A stretch of DNA of 64,000 nucleotides from the human T2T-CHM13v2.0 reference genome, Homo sapiens. The position numbers and the translations under genes were made by a program. The stretch is taken from NCBI RefSeq assembly GCF_009914755.1, contig NC_060925.1; one strand, given 5' to 3'. The notes under the pieces were generated by a model. It was not told the DNA's origin. It worked only from the letters and a program-made list of their open reading frames with translations, and searched no databases. Shown one piece after another: positions 54,631 through 64,000 of the stretch (position 1 is the first letter of the stretch; each line of letters starts with the position of its first letter).

Positions 54631-56404
54631 TAAAGGGAACTTGAATGTGTTGATAATTTAATTTATAATATCTGTTAAAGTGTCTGGTTATGAAAACTCC
54701 TCCATGGTTTTTGCTAGCACTTTCATGCTGCTGCTTTTACATCAGTCCCTCTTCTGAGTCACTTGTGTGCCCCAGCTTGCACCACGTTTTGGGCCCTGAC
54801 ATGCTGTGTCCTCATCCTGTTTGTGTTAGTCTGCAGCGGAGGTTCAAGCAGGCAGAGGTGAGCCTGGGCACAGAAGTGAGCATCCATAGTGTTTGTCCAC
54901 CGAGTGGCACAGGCCACTGTCCGGGGTTGCTGGAAGGGAAGGGCTGTGTTGTGCTGGGACGAGCACCAAGCCGGAAATCAGCTGTTTTACTTGCTTCGTA
55001 TACAGACTTACTCTCTGTGCCTCAGTTTACTCCTTTGTAAAATAAGAGAGCCTTCCGTCATGAACTTCAAAATGAGAAGTATGTACTAGCTGCACACTGA
55101 AGCCCCTTCCTACTCCTCCCTGTCTCTCCCACTTTGGAGCTATTTATTCTTTGGGAGTTCAGCCTGGGCTTTGGCAAACAGGGAAGGCTTCCAGGAGGAG
55201 GCGGGCCCTGATATGCTGAGACCTGAGTTTCTGATCCAGTCTGGGAGCCAAAGCTGTGAGGAGGAATGTGTGTTGAGCAGCAGCTCTGGACCTCACTCTC
55301 TTACCTTACCTGGTTCAATCCTCACAACAACACAACCCAGTGATCCAGCATGGCCAGATGACCTTCCGTTTTAGAGATGAGAAAACCAAGGCTCTGAGAC
55401 GTTGAGCCATTTGCCCAAGATCCTAGAGCCCAGATCCTAAGTGGCAAACTGGAACTCAAATGCTGGCCTGGGATGAGCAGAAGCAGGTTCTCAGCTTCTT
55501 CAAGGGTTGGAGGGGGCTGGGGAGGTTGTGTCAGGGTGTGGGCAGCAGTTGGTGGTCAGTGACTTTCCCTTGTGGCAGGAAGGAGAGGTAGGGGAAGCAG
55601 CTGGAGTTGGGAGATAGGAGGCTGAGGCAGCAGGACCCACAGATAAGGCAGGAGGTGAGCAGGGGCGGGTGTGCACATCCCGGCAGCTGGAGTGTAGATG
55701 AAATCTCAGAGAGCCCGGCAGAAGGGCTGGACCAGGGACCACGTCACTCCCAGGCCTGACCACTCCCTGCTTCTCCAGGCCACGTCTCACCCCTGAGCCT
55801 CGCAGCAGCCGTCACGGTACTTTCCTGGGCCTGGAAACGGCAGCCCCAGCCAGGCCTCCCTCTTCTCCAGGGTCAGATACAGGGGGCAGTGTGACATGAT
55901 GCGAGAGCCGGGGCTCTGTCCTTCTGCTCTGCCTCAGGCCTGCTACACCTGAAAGCAGTCAGCCAGGCCTGCAGACACTCGGGGCTTCCCAGGACCAACA
56001 CGGTCCCACCATCTTGTTGTTTCACTTCGAATGTCTTCATGACAGGCACACACTTTCCAGCTCTCCACCGTCCCCGCCTCTCCCTATTGTCCCACAACTT
56101 GTCACACCCCACATTTACCTTCTCTACCTGGCCCCTAAAGAATTTCGATTTTGAGGACCTGAATTAGTTGAGCGGATGCACTGAAGGTCAAAGTTTGTAA
56201 TTTTCAGGGAGAAGGAACCTTTGAGATATAAGGGCCCAGAATGAAGCAGTAACATCCCCAGAGTCCCACTGCAGAGCGAGACAGAAATGGGACTAGAACT
56301 CCTGACTCTCAGTCCAGTGCTTGCTGACCTGACTTCTGCTGCTTCCCAGAAGCCTCAGGGAGGAAAACAGAAACAACTGAAGGAAAAGAATGGAGAATTC
56401 ACAG

Positions 56405-56674
56405 TTTGGGAGGCTGAGGCGAGAGGATCACTTGAGACCAGGAGTTCAAAACCAGCCTGGGCAACATAGCAACACCCCATCTCTACAAAAAAAAAAAAAA
56501 ATTTAAGTTAGCCAGTATGGAAGTATGCACCTGTAGACCCATCTACTCCGGAGGCTGAGGCAGGAGGATCCCTTGAGCCCAGGAGATCAAGCTTTCAGTG
56601 AGCTATACTTGCGCCACTGCACTCCAGCCTGGACGACAGAGCAAGGCCATCTCCAAAAAAAAAAAAAAAAAAAA
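56405..56674 (+). mobile_element. 5'-truncated Alu (J-like)
   Basis: Starts at tttgggaggctgagg and ends in an A-tail. Confidence 0.9.
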
Positions 56675-57214
56675 GAATGTAGACTACAAAAGAGTGTTGT
56701 TCTGAGCACTGTGACCCAAGGCAAGTCCCTGCCCTGCCACCTCTGGGCCTCAGTTTCCCCATCCACACAGAAGGAGGCTGGCCCAACAATGGTAAGTGCT
56801 GCTGTGAGCGCCTGAGTCCACCTCTCCCTCCCAGAGGCCGAGTGGGACAAACCACACGTTCCTCAGGCCTGTTTCGCACGAGCTAATATTGACCCAACGC
56901 TGTTTCCCTTGGCCCTGCACAGGGGCTATGTTTGCTCTGGCAAGACCCCAGCCTCGCCTGCGCCCCTCTGGGCTTCAGATGTGCTGGCCCAGGCGGGAGA
57001 GGCCAGGTCAGGGGCGTGTGCCTCATAGGCTAAGGGGCAAGGCAGAAACCACAAGAGGCCCAGGACACCATCCCGGGCCCCCCTTAAAGCTTCTAGTGTA
57101 TTTATATATATTTAAAAAAAAGAACTGCCCAACCTCAGTTTTAAAATCTCTGATCTTTTTTAATGTTATATTTCATAAATACACTTTTTTAACACACATC
57201 TAACATGCATGCAT

Positions 57215-57240
57215 ACACACACACACACACACACACACAC
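57215..57240 (+). repeat. (CA)n microsatellite (another near 50513-50543)
   Basis: About 12 CA units. Confidence 0.9.
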
Positions 57241-57289
57241 GATATGATAACTAAATGTTAAGCCTCATCTGCGAGTCTGGTAGAAAACT

Positions 57290-58150
57290 TAAAATTAGCC
57301 CCTACATTGGAGAAATGGCTGATTCCAGGGTCAGGCCAGAGAAAGAATAAGATGAGCCTAAAACATCTTTTGTGCCAGAAAATAAGGAAGAACTCAAGGA
57401 ATGACAGGGACATCACTGGGGACATGAAGAAGGTCCCTCCGGTTTCTTCTGAGCATCAAAATAAATACCCACAGTAACACAGCATCACCCACTGAAAAAA
57501 ATAGGGAACCGTGAGTTCTGGCTGATGTGAATTAATTAATGCATAACAGAAGTTTGGTGTGGAGTAGGCTACTCATGGCGTCTCAGAGTGCCGACCGAAC
57601 AAAATCCTTTTCCATGATGAAGGGAAAAGAGTCACTCTGCAGTGGAGAAGCCAACCAAGGGAGCCAAGTGGATTTCATCAGTACCAGGGCAAATGAGAAC
57701 CGTGAGCCACCTGCAGGGATGCAGGAAGAGAAGCAGCATCTCTCTGTGATCAGCCCCCTGAAGATGCTCAGCCTGATATAACCAAGAGGAGACAAACCCA
57801 ACATAAGGAACGTTCTCCAAAACCGGCCTGGAATATCCAACAACGTCAAGGGCACAAAACCAAGACTCAATGAGGAGTTATTCCAGGCTAAAGAGACAGG
57901 ATGACTCAATGGCTAGGACATTCCTGGAACAACAGGGGGACCTAGGATACAGTGTGAGGTTTGCTTTGGGATTTTCATATGGCATTGTGTTTGTGTAAGA
58001 GAATGTCCTTGTTAGTAGGAAATAGACACAAGTATTCAGCAGGGATAGAGCATGATGACAGCAACTTAGTCTCAGATGGCCAGGGAGAAAAATAGCTTTC
58101 CCTACTGTACTTGCGATGTCCTTATATGTTTGAGATTGTTAAAAAATCAG
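57290..58150 (+). mobile_element. Old L1 (L1MC-like) 3' fragment
   Basis: gagaaatggctgattccaggg...gatgagcctaaaacatcttttgtgccagaaaataaggaag matches L1MC 3'UTR. Confidence 0.7.
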
Positions 58151-58244
58151 AAAGGAGATGGGGACTTCAGAAATGTCAGGTCAGAGCCAAGATGGTCAGG
58201 CAGGAGGCAGGAAGAAGGAGCCTGCCTTGAAACATATCCCTCAC

Positions 58245-58679
<435 letters not shown>

Positions 58680-59566
58680 GTCCTTCTCCTTTCAAAGCAC
58701 CCCAGCGAAGAGATGACAAATAGATGTTAACAGGGGACAAGCCCTTCCTGAGCCACATGGGAGCAGAGCAGCCAGGCCCTAGTAGCTCCCTGCTCTGATG
58801 TTTCTCTCCTCCTCCCTCAGGCTCTCTGAGGCTTCCCGGGGGTTCCAGGCTGCAACACCAGACAAAGGCGGCATGCTGAGTTCCAGTCCTCACTCTGCCT
58901 CAACTTGCTGCATCCACTTGGGTAATTTCTTCCCTGCTCTGGGCCTCCGTCCCAATCTGTTCAAAGGGACATCATGATGTTCTCACTAGTTGCTTTCTGC
59001 TGAGCTGGAGGCCAAGGACTCAGACTCGGTTTGACTGGTTCTGCCTCTGACCTGCTGGGAGACCTGGAGCAGGTCACTTAACCTCTCTGTGTTTGCTTTA
59101 TCAGGATAATCTGTTGAAGTATTCACCAATGCCTCTCTCTCCAGAATTTCCTGTTGCCCCTCCCTCCCTGCCCCCTGCCCTTAGTCCCCACATCTGGGCA
59201 GCTGAGCAGGACACAGAAGAATATAGGCACAGCAGTCAGAGCACCTGGTTTTCCATGTTTCAAGAGCCCACGCTCTGAATAGTATAGAAAATTTAGAAGC
59301 TCACGCGATGAACCAGAAATGTCCTCCCCACCCTTGAGACCAGGTAGAAGGTGAGGAACAGAGGAGAAAGCTGGGGTTGGGGGTTCCCTGCAACCCCCTG
59401 GAAGTGACAGTTCTCCCAGGCCCAGGGAAAGACAGCAAACGGTGAGAGCAGAGTCCAGGGCATGGCCAGAGCCACCCCATGGAGAAGTGCAGGAGCTGCC
59501 TGGCAGGCAACAGGGCAAGAGAGCTCTCTCAGAGGGGCAGATGCAGCTGGATGCTGCCCCTCTACC

Positions 59567-59872
59567 CACAGTAACACAGACCCGGCACTGACGTGGTGGC
59601 TCTCACAGTGGCACGGACCCGGCACTGACGTGGTGGCTCTCACAGTGGCACGGACCCGGCACTGACGTGGTGGCTCTCACAGTGGCACGGACCCGGCACT
59701 GACGTGGTGGCTCTCACAGTGGCACGGACCCGGCACTGACGTGGTGGCTCTCACAGTGGCACGGACCCGGCACTGACGTGGTGGCTCTCACAGTGGCACG
59801 GACCCGGCACTGACGTGGTGGCTCTCACAGTGGCACGGACCCGGCACTGACGTGGTGGCTTTCACAGTGGCA
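59567..59872 (+). repeat. 37-bp minisatellite, 8 units
   Basis: Unit cccggcactgacgtggtggctctcacagtggcacgga starts at 59581, 59618, 59655, 59692, 59729, 59766, 59803 and 59840. The first seven are identical. Confidence 0.97.
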
Positions 59873-59966
59873 TGAACATGGCGTTGATGTGGAGGCTCTG
59901 AAGGCACACTGGTCAGGAACGAGGAAGGACTCTGCAGTTTCCTGCAAAGTCTAGACAAGAATGCAA

Positions 59967-60297
59967 GGCAAGGCACAGGAGCCCATGCCTGGAATCCCAG
60001 CACTTTGGAAGGCCGAGGTGGACAGATTGCTTGAGACCAGCCTGGGCAACATGGCAAAAGCCCATCTCTACAAAAAAAAATTAAAAATTAGCCAGGCGTG
60101 GTGGTGCATGGCTGTAGTCCCAGCTACTCGGGAGGCTGAGGTGAGAGGATCACTTGAGCCCAGGAGGTCGAGGCTGCAGTGAACCATGTAAGCACCACTG
60201 CACTCCAGGCTGGGTGACAGACAGAGTGAGACCCCATCAAGGAAAGGAAAGGAGAGGAGAGGAGAGAAGAGGAGAGGAAAGGAGAGGAGAGGAGAGG
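59967..60297 (+). mobile_element. AluJ-like element with a (GGAGA/GGAAA)n purine tail
   Basis: Dimer to about 60240, then ggaaaggaaaggagaggagagg.... Confidence 0.9.
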
Positions 60298-62104
60298 CAA
60301 ACATCACAGGGGAAGCTGAGAGGGGACAATGCTAAGAATCTAATGTGTCCCTCCCCACCGGTGTCTCAGCGCCACATAAATCCCCACACCCTAGACAAGC
60401 CTGGGCAGGGGCCAGTGGGAACCATGATGTCTAGATGTGGGGCTTCCATCGCTTAATGGAATGAGGATCTAAAATAGAAACAAAGGTCAGTTCAGGAAGC
60501 AGAGGCAGGGTGCTTTCCCCATGCATCTGAATCTGTGAATGGAGACCGCTCCCCAGCTCATGGTTGGCATGGGAACAGGACCGGTGCATGCTGGAGAGAT
60601 CCTATGGCTTAACTCTGAGTTCAGTGGCCTCATGGGCCTCCATGGAAGTGTGAGAATTGGCAAATACTACGAATCAGTAGTTGTTGTGTTTGAGGTTGGT
60701 TGGTTGCTTTGTTTTTTTAGAGAGCCTGTTTACCAGCATACTCCTGAATGGAATCCACCTGCTAGGGTTGCCATGGACATAAAGTGCAGGTGTGTGAGGC
60801 GTTTGAACCCCGATATAACTGGTATAACTTTTGCAAAGCTGGTTTCCGCAGCTGCCCCTGCGGTCGTCCTGACTGAAAGACAGTGGACAGGGGAGTCTGC
60901 CCTGCTGGGAGCCTTGTCCCTTCCCCTCCGACTGCTGGGAGCAGGGGGATCTTTTGGCTCCATGGGTCACCAAAGCTGTTCCATGTGAGGGACACCCCTG
61001 CCCCATGCCCTGAGCAGGCATGGACTTGAGGGTGCTTCACTCACTAGAGGACTGGAAAAGACCCAGGCCCGCCCCGAGGGGGCATTGGGACCTTCTCCGA
61101 CCCTCCCAGGCGAGCTGGGACCCCGGCCTCTGGGGAGGATCTTGGAGAGAGCAAGCAGCTGAGCATGAGCCTCTGGTTGGGGGGCAACGCAGTGGGAAAG
61201 AGGGGGCGGGACCCCCGGGCCCCCAGACACTCAACCAGAGCCAAACTTGAATGCGCTGAAGCACTTCTCAGTGGAAAAATGGCAGGGCAGCTTTGCCGGT
61301 GCTGGGCTGTGTGCCCGTGGTAGGCCGGCAGGGACATGGTCTTCTCCTGGTCTCCGGCTGTACCGCATGCCCTGACACACGTGGGGAGGCCTCCCAGAAG
61401 GGTGACATTGGGATTGCTATGTTTATCTTATTTTTATTTTTCTTCAGTTCAGGATGCCCCTGCCTGGCCCAGAAACCACACTGCCATGAATGGGTCAGGA
61501 CATTTTACCATCCTGTGCCTACTCCACCCAGCCTGGGGTGAGGGAATGGGGGGCAGATGCCGGATTCTGGCCACTGACCAGCCACAGAGCCCAGCAGGGC
61601 CATAAACAAGGCTGGGTGGGGTTTCCAGGCCCACTCGGTGGGGCTCGTTTACTTGGACGAGGGCAGGGCAGAGAGCACCGACCAGAGTGCCTCAAAATAA
61701 CTCACGTGGCCTGGCCGGGAGCCAATCCCTCCATGGAAAATTTAAATGAATTCTTCACAGCTGCAAGGCCCAGGCCCCCAGACGGCCCACCCAGAATCAC
61801 CAGATTACCGTGGCTCTGATGGTTCCAGAAACCCAAGAATGTTCTGGAAGCCCAAGGAATCCATAGTCGGTCTCTGGGCTTCCTCACACAACCAGAGGTC
61901 ATGATACACTCAGAAAAGGATTATCCAGTCACCAACTGCTCAGCCCTTCAGGACGCTGGTGCCAGAAGGGCCCGTGCCTGCCAGGCTGGTCCTCGTGGAC
62001 ATCGGTCTCTGGACGAAGGGTTGGCCCGGCTTTCACTTAGCCCCCCAGGAGACGCTTCTGGGAGCATACTCCCCTCCTTATCTGGGGACACTGAGGCTCA
62101 GTCA

Positions 62105-62617
<513 letters not shown>

Positions 62618-62619
<2 letters not shown>

Positions 62620-62790
62620 GGAAAGGAAAGAGGGGAAAGGAAAGGAAAGGAAAGGAAAGGAAAGGAAAGGAAAGGAAAGGAAAGGAAAGGAAAGGAAAGG
62701 AAAGGAAAGGAAAGGAAAGGAAAGGAAAGGAAAGGAAAGGAAAAAGAAAGGGGAAAGGAAAGGGGAAAGAAAGGGGAAAGGAAAGGAAAG
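62618..62790 (+). repeat. (AAAGG)n pentanucleotide repeat in the Alu tail
   Basis: 21 perfect AAAGG units at 62636-62740 with degenerate purine flanks. Confidence 0.97.
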
Positions 62791-64000
62791 TCATGGGGAC
62801 CCAGGGGCAGCCAGCAGGGCTGGACAGAGGAGACCGGCCCTGACCTAGGAAAGGGGGGTCAGGGCCTAGAAACAGCACAGGCCAAGGTAAGAGGCAGAAA
62901 TGATGACACCCTACACACAGCCCTGCAGACCACGGGGAATGCAATGTCCAGTGTCTCATCTCACATCAAAAAGGCCACCCCTGGGCCACTTGGTGGGAAA
63001 GAAGAGGCCGAGCTGGGGCTGGAGTCCTCGTCCCTGGTCCTCAACCCCATGCCCTTTCCATGAGCCGAGGCTGCCTGCTGAGAGGCCTGGAGGAGTCCGG
63101 AGCAGGCCCAGGGATCTCACTGCCCCCTGCACTCTGCATTTGGTCATATCATGTGGGTGGGGGCCTCGGATGGGAAGGGGCTGTGCCTTGGGAATTTTCT
63201 TGTCCCCAGACTCCTCAGGGAGGAAAGAGCCTGGGGCCTTTGGAGGAACTTGGGCTTCGGAGTCAGACCCATGGAGTCGGACTCCAGGCCACGCCTCAGT
63301 TTGCTAAAGGCCATGACCAACTCTGCTCTTGCCCGCCGCATGCCAGCATTTCATTTAATGGTCCAAACATCCCATGAGGACATATGGCCATCATTCCCGC
63401 TTTACTCATGAGGGGACTGACACGCAGAGGTTAAGCAATTTGCCCAAGGTCACGCAGCTATTCCGTGGCCGATCCAGGAGCTCAGCCCAGGATGCCTGAC
63501 ACCAGAGTTGTCACCCAATGCTTCCATTTCCAGGCCACCTTGAGCAAGTCACTGAACCACCCCAGGCCTCTGTTTCCTCACAGCCACAGTGACTCCCACC
63601 TCGCGGAGTTGAGGAGGAGTCAGTGAATTAATGGCTGAGTGCGTGGCTCGTGGCAGCCACCTTGCCTGTTTTCAGCCAGGCCACAGACTGACCCCAAAAC
63701 CCCATCCCCCTAATCTTTCTCAGGGGCCCTGGCACCCAGGACAAGGTCCCAGCCCCTCTTGGCCCAGCAGAGCGAGGGACCAGGAGAACTGAGGCCACTC
63801 TGGGGCCCAGGGCAGGGCAGGGGCCGGGTGGCCACGGGAACACAGGTCCACTTCACCCTCCTGCTCAGCAGGGCTGGATTCTCCCTGTCTCCTGGGGCCC
63901 ACTGGGAACTTGGGGTTTTCCTGCATCTGATTAGCATAAATTAGCAGCTGTCAGCAAGAGGGAGTAATGTAGCCTTTCAACGGCCCCGTCTTGTTTTTGG

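Noticed and set aside
59581-59872. CRISPR-like 37-bp repeats
   Set aside because: Head-to-tail units with no unique spacers, in eukaryotic DNA; this is a minisatellite.

Overview
Mammalian (human-like) genomic DNA from the MATN1-LAPTM5 locus (human 1p35). On the minus strand it contains MATN1 (matrilin-1) coding exons 1-4 plus part of exon 5 (the gene runs off the left edge) and the complete 8-exon LAPTM5 coding region (789 nt, 262 aa, all introns GT-AG) with its 3'UTR and poly(A) signal. It also carries MIR4420 in LAPTM5 intron 4, a GC-box-rich island in MATN1 intron 3 (probable MATN1-AS1 start region), about 13 Alus, and L1, MLT1, LTR16-like, MER and MIR remnants. Apart from ORFs overlapping real exons, the ORF track is spurious. 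The most interesting observations are three. (1) LAPTM5 exons 4 and 5 are paralogous phase-0 exons, a tandem exon duplication that plausibly created the fifth hydrophobic segment and permits in-frame LAPTM4-like isoforms. (2) A 37-bp VNTR about 15 kb upstream of LAPTM5 repeats 8 times a TGACGTGG (UPRE) motif that is also an ACGTG-N8-CACAG HRE arrangement. (3) A 2.8-kb G/T-rich higher-order tandem array lies immediately behind the LAPTM5 poly(A) site and may be much longer than in the older reference assemblies. Repeat subfamily calls and boundaries are by eye and approximate.
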